Shown here: positions 30,401 to 40,186 of the stretch, piece by piece
How positions within the stretch are numbered: position 1 is the stretch's first letter
Layout: each line of letters begins with the position of its first letter
Position numbers and translations under genes: made by a program
Sequence record: SRR31156797_416
DNA length: 64,000 nt
Direction: 5' to 3' (one strand)
Notes under the pieces: generated by a model
What the model was told of the DNA's origin: nothing
Database searches by the model: none
Seen by the model: only the letters and a program-made list of their open reading frames with translations

Positions 30401-31658
30401 TACATGGCAAACCCAATCTGCAGGACAGGTTGCACTATCGCAGGGTGAACATATCCTGCGGCTTGTGTTTGGCGGTGGTGAATTTAACCTGGGCGAAATG
30501 AACTTTACCTGGGATTCGCCACTGGACTATAACCAGCCCGTGGCCAATGCCGGCGAAAATGTTTCCGTGATATTGCCCTCTTCAAGGACCACACTCGATG
30601 GGACCGGCAGTTTTGATCCCGGCTCAGAACCATTAACCTACCAATGGACCCAAATTTATGGTCCTTCTGTGGTAGAATTCTCAAATGATGAAATCCCTGA
30701 TCCGGAAATCACCATGCTGGAAGAAGGTATTTACCTGTTTCAGCTATTCGTGGAAAACGAGAGCGAGTTCAGTGATACCGACCAGGTATTCGTGATTGTT
30801 TCTGAAGGTGGAGGTATGGCACCGGTTGTAAGTATCAGTTACCCAGAGAATAATGCTGAATTTACATTGAATGAAGATTTTACCATTGTTGCTGAAGCCA
30901 CAGACCTGGATGGTTTTGTAACGCAGGTTGAGTTTTTTGAAGATAATGTACTCATTGGTTCACTGGATGCTGAGCCATGGCATTTGGATTGGTCTTTCGG
31001 TAGTCTGGGTAGTTACACCCTTTCAGCAAAAGCAACGGATAATGATGGAAACGAGAGCTTTTCTCAGCTTATAAATGTAACAGCAGTTCAGGCGCCTCCG
31101 TGCTATGGCACCGCCTACAATGGAGAATATGACTGGGAGTTTTCACCTGATCCGGAAAACCCAACCCTGACATTTATCCCTTCAATTCCTGGTGTTGGAA
31201 GCCCAACATGCCTGTTGTATTACAGCACAAACCCAAGTCCACCATTCCCAGGCTATGGAGTAACACCCAATGAACCCTACCAGATCACCGCGCCCGAAGG
31301 AAGTATCGTGTATTTTTACTACACCTATTCATACCCGGGCCAGGGCGAACATACTACATTAGATAACCCAGATCAGTTTGAGGTGGGTAACTGCGATCCC
31401 ACGGTTTCCGTACAGCATATCATCGCTGACCAGCCGGTTCAGTTGTGGCCTAATCCTGTTAAAAGTTCAATAAAGCTTCAGTTTCAGGATGTTCCAGGCA
31501 AAGTTACTTTATTTGATATTCGTGGACATGTAGTAGAAACATTCATTCCGGATAGCCGTGTAGTTGAACGCGATATGAGTAACCTGGATGCCGGAATTTA
31601 TTTGATCAGGGTCGTAAATGATCATAGGATAAGTCATTTAAAGTTCATTAAACAATGA
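27498..31658 (+). CDS. GH81 endo-beta-1,3-glucanase with Ig-like, CBM6-like and PKD-like modules and a T9SS CTD
   Basis: PTNDWWS, LNDHHFHWGY, HSWANG, DQESSSES; CBM6-like GEWLEY...TGGWDTW; C-terminal LWPNPV...GIYLI...KFIKQ. Confidence 0.9.
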   Translation: MKNLQKVPRRSLGIIVLMLLFFQQVHPQIVPVGNGSYTTVFPGVDPAGRNSYPSGTPYTSGTAATKPVPTNDWWSAKVKEPHVNNIFNYPMALRTINGGLVVSYIEAPSGPNGSSQPMDDQLPIVVGVEGLNASSATVSDFSDWMFTMNWANASHNFSASAGLGMPFIYFTKNSGDDATITVNEGSPTVYDEMIIVENAHYGADFAIYGPVGSTWNQAGNTYSSSLSNKNYWSIAYLPPSGGSLIDMANQYKNHAYVFPVNTLTNWAYDESTSVVRTEFTVETQIMEGSGTTVLLGLLPHQWSHLAPDSPTPEGYTYPSIRGTIKVLESNEFFVEDTFYGILPTLPNLVHYSPGFNPTALQEKIQLIENDGLDPWTDSYNEGQVMNRLIQTARIVDLTGNTAGRDKIIATIKERLEDWLTAEEDEVAFIYYYNSDWTALIGYPAGHGQDYNLNDHHFHWGYFIHAAAFLEQFQPGWAEGWGEMIDHLIRDAASTDRDDPMFPFLRNFSPYAGHSWANGFATFPFGNDQESSSESMQFASSLIHWGTLTGNNEIRELGIYLYTTEHTAIEEYWFDENDRTFKPEYEYRLVSRIWGNGYDNQTFWTPDIAAAYGIELYPIHGGSLYLGQNHDYMQELWTEMTENTGILENQPNDNLWHDIYWQYLAFMDPEWAIELYDSYPDRNLKFGVSDAQTYYWLHAMNATGMVDPEVTANYPVAASFINEGEKVYAAHNYHTEPITVEFSDGYELDVPARSMATSRDISITGTLSSSFSQAFANGSVDLFASIEGGTASKVVFFDGEDLLAEVLEAPYNYTATNLVAGKHNFYTKIYDGPDYAISNIVTVIAGQQLPYTGSMFQIPGSVEPGLYDKFEGGVAQDVAYIDVSVVNEGGFRPFEYVDALLDINEGATIGWISAGEWLEYSLLVDQPGYYSFDFRHASDNQNGGGPFHLELDGNVILDEITTSYTGGWDTWQTQSAGQVALSQGEHILRLVFGGGEFNLGEMNFTWDSPLDYNQPVANAGENVSVILPSSRTTLDGTGSFDPGSEPLTYQWTQIYGPSVVEFSNDEIPDPEITMLEEGIYLFQLFVENESEFSDTDQVFVIVSEGGGMAPVVSISYPENNAEFTLNEDFTIVAEATDLDGFVTQVEFFEDNVLIGSLDAEPWHLDWSFGSLGSYTLSAKATDNDGNESFSQLINVTAVQAPPCYGTAYNGEYDWEFSPDPENPTLTFIPSIPGVGSPTCLLYYSTNPSPPFPGYGVTPNEPYQITAPEGSIVYFYYTYSYPGQGEHTTLDNPDQFEVGNCDPTVSVQHIIADQPVQLWPNPVKSSIKLQFQDVPGKVTLFDIRGHVVETFIPDSRVVERDMSNLDAGIYLIRVVNDHRISHLKFIKQ

Positions 31659-31784
31659 TAATTGTAATTAGTGTTTTTAGCATTGGCCATTGAAGGAATG
31701 TGATGTTACAATATCGTTACCGAGGTGGAAGCAATTTTACTGTTGTTTTTATCATAATTTTAGTTTTTAGGTAAGTAGCTTTTT

Positions 31785-31821
31785 GGGCATGTTGAAGGGA
31801 AACCGGATACATGCCTTTTTT
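31785..31821 (+). terminator. Intrinsic terminator at the end of the glucan locus
   Basis: GGCATGT/ACATGCC stem followed by TTTTTT. Confidence 0.65.
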
Positions 31822-31886
31822 ATGGATAAAAAAAATCGGGTTTTAAAGTCTGTATATCATTCAGTTAATTTTAGGATGAATCTTTA

Positions 31887-31931
31887 AACTAAAAAAATAG
31901 TTCATCAACTAAAATATTAGTTATAGATTTG
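31887..31931 (+). promoter_or_regulatory. Two AACTA-N6-TAGTT palindromes (candidate BlaI operators) abutting a TAGATTTG -7 promoter element
   Basis: Palindromes at 31887-31902 and 31907-31922; TAnnTTTG at 31924-31931. Confidence 0.7.
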
Positions 31932-31959
31932 CGTTTTCAAATTGTTAACGCAAAATAAT

Positions 31960-32343
31960 ATGAAAGAACTCACCAAAGCAGAAGAACAGGTAATGCAGAT
32001 CATGTGGAAGATCGGAAAGGGTTTTGTGAAGGATATCCTCGGAGAGCTGGATCCCCCAAAGCCGGCTTACAACACTGTATCCACCATAGTTAGGATTTTG
32101 GAGAAAAAGGGATTTATCGGACACGAAGCTTTTGGGAAAAGTCATCAGTATTATCCCCTTATCTCCAAAAAGGAATATACCAGCAAATTTTTAAAAGGAT
32201 TTGTTTCCGGTTATTTCAGCAATTCTTACAAACAGCTTGTTTCATTCTTTTCAAAGGAAAATAATCTCAGCCTGAACGAAATGGAGGAAATAAAGCTGAT
32301 GATCGAGCAACAGATTGAAGAGCAAAAGGAAAACCAATCATGA
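31960..32343 (+). CDS. BlaI/MecI/CopY family transcriptional repressor
   Basis: LTKAEEQVMQIMW, PAYNTVSTIVRILEKKGF, YYPLISK. Confidence 0.93.
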   Translation: MKELTKAEEQVMQIMWKIGKGFVKDILGELDPPKPAYNTVSTIVRILEKKGFIGHEAFGKSHQYYPLISKKEYTSKFLKGFVSGYFSNSYKQLVSFFSKENNLSLNEMEEIKLMIEQQIEEQKENQS

Positions 32344-33179
32344 TTAAACGGCCACAATTTGATCCATTAAGCAAAAACCAGAAATTGCTGGTTGGCCTGT
32401 TTTCCGTGGCAGGACTCATCATCATCCTTGCGCTTTCGCCGAAGCCTGCAACCGTTGAAGATTTATTTTACCAGGCTACGGATGCTTTTAATGAGGGTGA
32501 ATATCAAAAAGCACTCGAGTTTTACGACGAAGTGATTGAAGAAAACCCAACCATTGCCAGCGCTTTTCAAAACAGGGGCAGCGCCAAATATAAGCTTGGG
32601 AATTTTTACGCCGCCATCGATGATTTTGAAGCCGCAGCGCGCCTGAATCCGGCAAGCGCCGAATCCTGGAACAGCAGTGCACTGGCTTACAATAAAACCA
32701 ACCAGGATTTTTACGCCCTGAAAAATGTGCGTAAAGCACTGGAGTTGAAGCCTGACTTTCCCAACGCACACAATACCCTGGGCCTGATAAAATACCGGAT
32801 GGGCTATTTGTATGATGCAATGAGCCACTTCGACTCGGCAATCATGCACAACCCAGAATATGCCGAAGCCTGGCAAAACCGGGCGATGGCAAAAACCAAA
32901 ATGGGCATTGTTTATACTGCCCTCGATGATTTTGAAAAAGCCCTTGAATTGCGCCCTGATTTTTCTGAGGCATACAATAACCGGGGAATGCTCTATTATA
33001 AGGTAGATTATTTATACCAGGCAAAAATGGATTTTACCAAGGCCATCGAACTGAATCCGAATAATCATAAAGCATATTTCAATCGGGGGGTTGTTCTGAT
33101 CAAACTGGGGCAGCGAGATTCAGGAAAGGCTGACCTGGCCAAATCAAAAGAAATTCGTGAAACGCTAAAAACATATTGA
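32340..33179 (+). CDS. Membrane-anchored TPR protein
   Basis: N-terminal hydrophobic helix, repeated AxxNRG...A..DF.KA.EL.P TPR units, ATGA overlap with the repressor gene. Confidence 0.88.
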   Translation: MIKRPQFDPLSKNQKLLVGLFSVAGLIIILALSPKPATVEDLFYQATDAFNEGEYQKALEFYDEVIEENPTIASAFQNRGSAKYKLGNFYAAIDDFEAAARLNPASAESWNSSALAYNKTNQDFYALKNVRKALELKPDFPNAHNTLGLIKYRMGYLYDAMSHFDSAIMHNPEYAEAWQNRAMAKTKMGIVYTALDDFEKALELRPDFSEAYNNRGMLYYKVDYLYQAKMDFTKAIELNPNNHKAYFNRGVVLIKLGQRDSGKADLAKSKEIRETLKTY

Positions 33180-33180
33180 T

Positions 33181-34512
33181 ATGAGTGAGCTGATTTTATA
33201 TCTCATCAAATCCGGGGTCAGCCTTATTGTACTCTATGCAGTTTACTGGCTTTTTTTGAGCAGGGATACATTCTTTGGAATGAACCGGGTATACCTGATT
33301 TCGTCCGTTCTGTTTTCCCTGCTATTCCCGCTGTTGCCCATCTATCTGCCATTTTCAGGCTCCGATGAAACTTACATAGTGATGCTGGATACCATTGTAA
33401 TCAATGCTTCAAAAATCAATCCTGCGGTAAGCAGCAACCTCGCAACATTTCAAATCATCGGGATAATTTATTTTACCGGACTGGCTATTTTCTTTGTTCG
33501 GTTTTTATTCCAGATCGGTCAGTTGATCATCCTGATCAGAAGAAACGGGATTACCCGGCAGCAGGGCTTGAACATTGTTTTGATCGATCGTAATTACGCA
33601 CCATTCTCATTCTTTGGCCTGATTTTTATCAACCGCAAAGAACTCGATGAGAAACAAGTACAGGAAATCATCGATCACGAAATGGTGCATGTTAATCAGC
33701 GGCATTCTTTGGATTTGATTTTGATTGAGATCATGACCATCATCCAATGGTTCAATCCATTTGTGTGGTTTTATCGCCATTCCATAAAAACCGTTCATGA
33801 ATACCTCGCCGATGAGGGTGTGCTGCTAAAAGGACACAATGCTGTCGATTATCAAAAATTGTTGCTTGCCCAATCCACGGGAATCCAGGTCAACGATTTA
33901 ACCAATAATTTTAATCATTCATTAATCAAAAAACGCATAGTTATGATGACAAAATCGAAATCTAAATTAGTGGCCCGGCTGAAGCTTTTAACGTCTATGC
34001 CCGTGGCATTTATGCTGGTGGTGGCATTTACAGCATCGCCCATTGTTGAAACCATCGCACAGGTTGATCAGAAAAAACAGCAGCAAAAACAACTTCAACA
34101 GTCAAGTGCTGAAAGTGCAGAAAAACAAGTTTTTACGGTTGTGGAAGTAATGCCACAGTTTCCTGGTGGGGAAGAGGCCAGGATGAAGTACCTGATGAAC
34201 ACCATAAAATATCCGGAAGCTGCCCGTAAACAGGGGATTCAGGGAACTGTTTACGTAACATTCGTAGTTGAAAAAGATGGTTCGATCACCGATACCAGAG
34301 TTTTGCGGGGTATAGGTGGTGGCTGTGATGAGGAAGCTATCCGTGTTATTTCAGGCATGCCAAACTGGACGCCGGGTAAGCAGAGAGGAAAACCTGTGAG
34401 GGTACAATTCAATACTCCGATAAAATTTAACCTGGGGAGTGACGAAAAAGAGGTGAAAGATGCAAATGATAAATCAGCACCGCCACCTCCACCAAAAAAA
34501 GAAAAGCGATAG
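33181..34512 (+). CDS. BlaR1-like M56 metallopeptidase with a C-terminal TonB domain
   Basis: HEMVH, WFNPF, HEYLAD; VEVMPQFPGG, IKYPEAA, GIQGTVYVTFVV. Confidence 0.92.
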   Translation: MSELILYLIKSGVSLIVLYAVYWLFLSRDTFFGMNRVYLISSVLFSLLFPLLPIYLPFSGSDETYIVMLDTIVINASKINPAVSSNLATFQIIGIIYFTGLAIFFVRFLFQIGQLIILIRRNGITRQQGLNIVLIDRNYAPFSFFGLIFINRKELDEKQVQEIIDHEMVHVNQRHSLDLILIEIMTIIQWFNPFVWFYRHSIKTVHEYLADEGVLLKGHNAVDYQKLLLAQSTGIQVNDLTNNFNHSLIKKRIVMMTKSKSKLVARLKLLTSMPVAFMLVVAFTASPIVETIAQVDQKKQQQKQLQQSSAESAEKQVFTVVEVMPQFPGGEEARMKYLMNTIKYPEAARKQGIQGTVYVTFVVEKDGSITDTRVLRGIGGGCDEEAIRVISGMPNWTPGKQRGKPVRVQFNTPIKFNLGSDEKEVKDANDKSAPPPPPKKEKR

Positions 34513-34520
34513 AAGTTATG

Positions 34521-34545
34521 AAGCCGGATTTATTCCGGCTTTTTT
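34521..34545. terminator. Terminator between convergent genes
   Basis: AAGCCGGA/TCCGGCTT stem followed by a T run. Confidence 0.8.
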
Positions 34546-35029
34546 ATTTTTCTTGTATCCACCGTTTCACCCATTTCTCACCCACGGCAACAGCCACAAC
34601 TTCACCAGTGGCACAAAGTTCACCACCACCAAAAAGTTTTACCAAAACAGTCACACGTTTGCCATCAATTGATTTTACCATGGCCTGTAATTTGAGCTTG
34701 CCTTCAAGTGGGGTCGGGCGGAGGTAATCCACATGCAAACTGGCTGTTACACACCTGTATGGCGGTTCAGTATCCATGGGGCGGCTGTCTTTTTTATAGA
34801 GTGCTGCAGCCGCCGTTCCGGTGCTGTGGCAGTCGATCAATGAGGCAATGAGGCCGCCATAAACATACCCCGGAAGGGCAGTGTGGTAAGGTTTGGGTTC
34901 AAATTCGGCCACTGAAACATCTCCATCCCAGTAGCTTTTGAGTTGATGGCCATGCTCATTCAATCCACCACAACCATAACAATGGTTAAAATCGTCAGCG
35001 TAATAATCCTGAAATGCCTTGATCTCCAT
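34544..35029 (-). CDS. PaaI/hotdog-fold thioesterase
   Basis: CYGCG, VYGGLIASLIDCH, TASLHVDYLRPTP. A TAAATTTG promoter element at 35054-35061 supports the start at 35029. Confidence 0.85.
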   Translation of the reverse strand: MEIKAFQDYYADDFNHCYGCGGLNEHGHQLKSYWDGDVSVAEFEPKPYHTALPGYVYGGLIASLIDCHSTGTAAAALYKKDSRPMDTEPPYRCVTASLHVDYLRPTPLEGKLKLQAMVKSIDGKRVTVLVKLFGGGELCATGEVVAVAVGEKWVKRWIQEK

Positions 35030-35175
35030 AAAAATCTGGTTTTTATTGAAGTGCAAATTTAGGTTTTTGATATGAACTGTCGTCAAGAATAAGGCATTGT
35101 TAGTTCTCCATATTACTGCTCAATTATTTATTTGGAATTTCGTTTACTTTTGGTCCCAATTCAAAATGAAGTCAA

Positions 35176-35655
35176 ATGGAAGCATTGATAATAGTTGTAG
35201 GATCAATCCTGCTCATCCTGGGAATAGTTGGTTGCATTGCTCCTGCACTACCCGGACCAATCCTGGGTTATCTTGGTCTTGTTGCCTTACAATTCATGCC
35301 CGAACCGGTTTTTACCAACCGGTTTTTGGTTACCTGGGGAATTTTGGTTGCACTGGTTACTGTCCTGGATTATGTCATCCCGATTTGGGGAACCAAAAAG
35401 TTTGGTGGTGGTAAGGCAGGGGTCAACGGGAGTATTGCAGGTGCCATCATCGGGTTTTTGTTCTTCCCGCCTTTTGGATTGATCATCGGCCCATTTTTGG
35501 GTGCTTATATTGGTGAATTGATTGTTGGCAAAGATGCACGCGTTGCCCTGCGTTCAGCATTTGGTTCGTTTATTGGTTTTCTGGCCGGAACTTTCATCAA
35601 ACTGATCCTTGTGTTCATCATGATATATCATTTTATTGACGGGTTGGTTCGCTAA
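35176..35655 (+). CDS. DUF456 family membrane protein
   Basis: PALPGP, GTKKFGG, GPFLGAYIGE; TACTTTTG at 35145-35152. Confidence 0.85.
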   Translation: MEALIIVVGSILLILGIVGCIAPALPGPILGYLGLVALQFMPEPVFTNRFLVTWGILVALVTVLDYVIPIWGTKKFGGGKAGVNGSIAGAIIGFLFFPPFGLIIGPFLGAYIGELIVGKDARVALRSAFGSFIGFLAGTFIKLILVFIMIYHFIDGLVR

Positions 35656-35708
35656 TTGTGGATTATAACATTTAAAACTACTTTTGCCCTGCTTTCAAAA
35701 ACAAACTG

Positions 35709-37322
35709 ATGATTGAGTTTTTAAAGAAGAATCCACGTTTTATCTACCTGGCAGGCATTATTCTTCTAATTCCTGCATTGTTGGTCAATCTGGGGAGGCT
35801 CAATATTTTTATGGCTGTGGATGAAGCCACCCGTGCCTTGGTGGCCCTGGAAATGATGATCAGTGAAAACTTTGTTACGCCTACCATTAACGGAGCGTTT
35901 TATTACAACAAACCTCCGCTTTTCAATTGGATGCTGATATCGCTCTATTCAGTCTTTGGTATTGATGAAATCGTGCTCAGGTTGCCGACAGCCATTTCCA
36001 TGGTTGGGTTTGGTTTCACCATCTATTACTTCGTGAAGCAGGAATTGGGCAGCAGGGCAGGGGTAATTGCTGCTTTTATGTTTGTGAGTGCCGGAAGGCT
36101 TTTATTCTGGGAATCTCTGCTCGGCTATATCGATACAACATTTTCGTGGGTGGTGTACTCGGGAATGATGTTTATTCATCATTTCCTGAAACAGAAAAAA
36201 TTCCTGAGCCTGTTTGTGGTCTCCTATTTTTTTATGGCCATTGGCTTTATGCTGAAAGGGTTGCCGGCCATCGTTTTCCAGGGGATAACATTGCTGGTTG
36301 CATTTACTGCCGATGGTAATTTCAGGAAGCTTTTTACCTGGAAGCACCTTGTCGGAGGATTGTTTTTCCTCATTCCGGTTGGAAGTTATTATCTGGTTTA
36401 TCATCAGTACAACTCACTGGAAAACGTTTTTAACACACTTTGGCACGAATCCGCCCAACGCACAGTTGTTGACCAGGGTTGGGTGCTTACATTTCAGCAT
36501 TTATACCGGTTCCCGGTTGAGATGTTATACCATTACCTGCCGTGGACTTTGATGCTGATTTTTACCATCAGGAAGGGATTTTGGAGCATGGTGATGGCAA
36601 ATGGCTTCATCCGTTTTAACCTGCTGGCGGTGTTATTCAACATCCTTCCCTACTGGTCTTCGCCGGATGTGTATCCAAAATACATTATGATGCTGGTACC
36701 CATGGTCTACACCGTTTTTGTGTTTTTCTACCTCGAATCATTCAAAAAAAGGGTGCGGCTCATACCTGTTTTTGAGACCGTGCTGATTGTTGCTGCCTCC
36801 TTGCTGACAGTTGGTTATCTGGCAATACCGTTCGTCCCGGATTTTAATGGTGTCGGATTAGTCTGGCTGAAAATCCTGTTGTTATTTGTGTGCTCATCAT
36901 TACTGGTTTATTTCATGATCAGATTGAAAAAACAGCGCATAGTTTTGTTTGCAATGGTTTTAATCATGGGTAGGCTGGCATTTGCCTGGTTTATCTGGCC
37001 ACAACGAGCACAGCAGTACGAAAAATTCGAGGAAGCATCATATCAGGTTGCGAATATTACCGGTGATGAACCACTTAAATATTTCAACGCTCCCATGCTG
37101 CAATATGGCGGATCATACTATATCACCCTGGCCAAATGGCAAATAGTTGACCAGGAATATGAGGAGCCCAAACCCGGGATATTTTACATTACTGACGATG
37201 CGGGGCTTAAGCAAATCAGAAGCATGTATGACAATGTAACAGTCTTTTACGATTACCCGAATGTGGAGGACGGCAGAACCCTGCATTTGTTGAAAACCAT
37301 ACCAAAAGATTCTGTAAAATAG
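35709..37322 (+). CDS. ArnT/PMT-like (GT-C) membrane glycosyltransferase
   Basis: DE...A.EM, NKPPLFNW, RLP and LKG motifs, many TM segments; TACTTTTG at 35679-35686. Confidence 0.85.
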   Translation: MIEFLKKNPRFIYLAGIILLIPALLVNLGRLNIFMAVDEATRALVALEMMISENFVTPTINGAFYYNKPPLFNWMLISLYSVFGIDEIVLRLPTAISMVGFGFTIYYFVKQELGSRAGVIAAFMFVSAGRLLFWESLLGYIDTTFSWVVYSGMMFIHHFLKQKKFLSLFVVSYFFMAIGFMLKGLPAIVFQGITLLVAFTADGNFRKLFTWKHLVGGLFFLIPVGSYYLVYHQYNSLENVFNTLWHESAQRTVVDQGWVLTFQHLYRFPVEMLYHYLPWTLMLIFTIRKGFWSMVMANGFIRFNLLAVLFNILPYWSSPDVYPKYIMMLVPMVYTVFVFFYLESFKKRVRLIPVFETVLIVAASLLTVGYLAIPFVPDFNGVGLVWLKILLLFVCSSLLVYFMIRLKKQRIVLFAMVLIMGRLAFAWFIWPQRAQQYEKFEEASYQVANITGDEPLKYFNAPMLQYGGSYYITLAKWQIVDQEYEEPKPGIFYITDDAGLKQIRSMYDNVTVFYDYPNVEDGRTLHLLKTIPKDSVK

Positions 37323-37394
37323 GTTTCACGAAGGTATTATCTATTAAGTGAAAATTCCTGTACTTTTGGCGCACTGATTTATCCACACTTAACT

Positions 37395-38375
37395 ATGAAG
37401 CTTCAAAACAAAACGATCTTAATTACCGGAGGTGCCGGTTTTATTGGTTCCAATCTCGTTGAGCGATTTCTTCAACAGGAAAACCAAATTATTTGCCTGG
37501 ATAATTTTGCAACCGGGAAAGAAAAAAATATTGCGCCTTTTCTCAACAATCCTGATTTCAGGTTTATTGAAGGTGATATTCGTGATCTGGAATCCTGCCG
37601 GGGAGCAGTCAAGGGACTGGATGTGATTTTGCACCAGGCTGCTTTAGGTTCCGTTCCCCGATCAATCAACGACCCAAAAACCACCAACGATGTAAATATT
37701 GGTGGCTTCATCAATATGCTGGTTGCTGCCAAAGAAAACGGGATCAAAAGGTTTGTTTATGCCGCAAGTTCTTCAACCTACGGCGATCATAAAGCTTTAC
37801 CAAAGGTTGAAGAAAGGATTGGGAAACCGCTTTCACCTTATGCCATCACCAAATATGTTAATGAATTGTATGCCGAAATGTTTTCGGAATTGTATGGCAT
37901 CGAAACCATCGGGTTGCGCTATTTCAATGTATTTGGCAAGCGCCAGGATCCCAACGGAGCCTATGCTGCTGCCATTCCAAAATTCATCAAACTGCTGATG
38001 AATCACGAGTCGCCACTGATTTATGGTGACGGCGAACAATCACGCGACTTTACCTACATCGAGAATGTGATACAGGCCAATGAGCTCGCTGCTACTGTCA
38101 CAAATCCTCAAGCGCTTAACACAGTGTACAATGTGGCCTTTGGCGAGGCAACAACCGTAAATCAGTTAATTGATGACCTCAAAGAGAACCTGGCTCAATT
38201 CGATCCGGAAATTGAAAATGTTGAAGCCACCAAAGGTGATAAAAGAAAAGGCGATGTGCTACATTCGCTGGCATCGGTTGATAAAGGAAAACGCTTGCTG
38301 GGCTACGATCCAAAGTACAGCCTGTCTGATGGCCTGAAAGAAGCGATCGAATGGTACTGGCACGATTTGAAATAA
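37395..38375 (+). CDS. NAD-dependent nucleotide-sugar 4-epimerase (WbpP/TviC-like SDR)
   Basis: TGGAGFIG, HQAALGSVPRS, YAITK, LRYFNVFG; TACTTTTG at 37361-37368. Confidence 0.9.
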   Translation: MKLQNKTILITGGAGFIGSNLVERFLQQENQIICLDNFATGKEKNIAPFLNNPDFRFIEGDIRDLESCRGAVKGLDVILHQAALGSVPRSINDPKTTNDVNIGGFINMLVAAKENGIKRFVYAASSSTYGDHKALPKVEERIGKPLSPYAITKYVNELYAEMFSELYGIETIGLRYFNVFGKRQDPNGAYAAAIPKFIKLLMNHESPLIYGDGEQSRDFTYIENVIQANELAATVTNPQALNTVYNVAFGEATTVNQLIDDLKENLAQFDPEIENVEATKGDKRKGDVLHSLASVDKGKRLLGYDPKYSLSDGLKEAIEWYWHDLK

Positions 38376-38393
38376 TTGCTTCTGAATAAAAAA

Positions 38394-39647
38394 ATGAAAT
38401 ACACACTTTCCTGCCTGATACTGATATTTTTCATTGGAGTGAGCGGATTCACCCAGGAACTGGAAAAAATTGAAGGCCGGATATCTGAGATGCCGGAGAC
38501 TCCTGAGACGTTGTATTACAAGGCACGCGAATTTATTTATACAAACCTCCAAACCAATAATTCCGGCGAGATTTCTGCTGTTATAAAGTTGTTTTCTGAA
38601 AAGTATCATGATACTATCCCCGTGCTATACCCCAACGAACGGATTTTATTTGATTACTGGTCAGGAAATTATGATGAGTTATTAAAAGCCATTTCTGCCT
38701 ATGGCCTGCCGGGATACTATTCCATTTACTACCAGCTGTTTGATGCCAGGAATTATAAAAACTGGTTGCAAAGTAAAATCTTCGACTATTTTTGCGAACA
38801 TCAGATTGACTTGTATAACCGCCTGTCACGAAATGATCTGTCGCCGGAGGATCAGGGTTTTCTGAATTTGTTTTTAACCGTTCAACTGCTGTATTCCGAT
38901 TGTAGCTCAAAAGTGATCGGGGAATTTGATTTGGGACTAGCCGTGAAGCAGTATATGGATGATTTTCCGGAATCGCCTTATAACAGGTTTTTACGCGAAG
39001 GTTTGGCTCCTGAATATGAAGCATCACCCTTTGGAATAGGTTTTCAGTTTTTTAGTGGCTGGGGCGACCATCTGAAAGATTATGATGCCTATTTTTCATA
39101 TGGTGGGATTATTGGCCTGGGACTCGACCTGGAATGGAATCGTCTGAAATCGTTTTACAACTTTTATGGAGGCTGGGGGAAGACAAAGCAGGAGATCGTC
39201 CACAATAATGAGGTGTGGAAGAAGAATCAGAGAATTTTTACTACCAATGGTGAAATTTCGTTGGGCTATGCCGTTGTTGAAAACAGCAGTTTTGCCGTGG
39301 TTCCACACTATGGCATCGACTGGCTTTGGATCGATCAAAACAACCCTGATAACAAAACCGATGAGGATGAACCATCGATAAACCTCAAATCCAATCATCT
39401 GCTGGGATTACTTCTGGATTGGAATATCTCGAAGAAACAGGAAATGAACACCATGAACTACAATTCATTTATGCACAGCGGAACACGTTCATTTACCCGG
39501 GCTTTTGTCAGGTTGCGGATAGGGTATTTGATCCCGCATGGCAATGCAAATATCGAAATCGGAAATCAAACCCTGGATGGGAGAGCCCTTGTGGTAAACC
39601 TCGGAATCGGCATGTCCATTTATCCCAGAAAGAAGGTTAGGTATTAA
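38394..39647 (+). CDS. Hypothetical exported protein, possible C-terminal outer-membrane beta-barrel
   Basis: Signal peptide, helical N-terminal half, alternating beta-strand pattern in the C-terminal half. Confidence 0.55.
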   Translation: MKYTLSCLILIFFIGVSGFTQELEKIEGRISEMPETPETLYYKAREFIYTNLQTNNSGEISAVIKLFSEKYHDTIPVLYPNERILFDYWSGNYDELLKAISAYGLPGYYSIYYQLFDARNYKNWLQSKIFDYFCEHQIDLYNRLSRNDLSPEDQGFLNLFLTVQLLYSDCSSKVIGEFDLGLAVKQYMDDFPESPYNRFLREGLAPEYEASPFGIGFQFFSGWGDHLKDYDAYFSYGGIIGLGLDLEWNRLKSFYNFYGGWGKTKQEIVHNNEVWKKNQRIFTTNGEISLGYAVVENSSFAVVPHYGIDWLWIDQNNPDNKTDEDEPSINLKSNHLLGLLLDWNISKKQEMNTMNYNSFMHSGTRSFTRAFVRLRIGYLIPHGNANIEIGNQTLDGRALVVNLGIGMSIYPRKKVRY

Positions 39648-39727
39648 TTACCCGGAATTGATAAAAACCAGAATAAACTGCCAGACAGCATGTCAGGGTG
39701 ATGTAAATACTTTGTTTCGAACAGCCC

Positions 39728-40186
39728 TTAATAGTCCTTCATCCATTCAAACATCCGGTAGCGCTCACCATCCATGCCAACAGCCTCATAAGTAGATGCA
39801 GCAACAGTGTTTGATGTTACCATGTAGAGTCGGATACCTGAAACATCGGATTGTTTTTCAACCTCACTTTTCACATGTTTATACATTTTCCGAAATATGC
39901 CCTGCTTTCGGAATTCCGGCAAAACATAAACAGATTGAAGCCACCAAACTGTTGAATTTCTCCAGTCGCTCCATTCAAAAGTTGTCATTAAGCTGGCGAT
40001 GATCCTTCCTTTGGTTTCCGCCACGAAATATTGCCCTTTGGAAGAATCATCAAAAATGGCCTTGATACCATTCGATAAAATTTCTTCATCAAGTTTGATG
40101 TCTTCCGTTTCCATTGCCATGGCTTGCTGAAATTCGGCAATGGTTTCAATATCTTCAGGATTTCCTTTTCTGATGTTGATATTCAA
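39728..40186 (-). CDS. GNAT family N-acetyltransferase
   Basis: WWLQSVYVLPEFRKQGIF, IRLY, YEAVGM. Confidence 0.9.
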   Translation of the reverse strand: MNINIRKGNPEDIETIAEFQQAMAMETEDIKLDEEILSNGIKAIFDDSSKGQYFVAETKGRIIASLMTTFEWSDWRNSTVWWLQSVYVLPEFRKQGIFRKMYKHVKSEVEKQSDVSGIRLYMVTSNTVAASTYEAVGMDGERYRMFEWMKDY

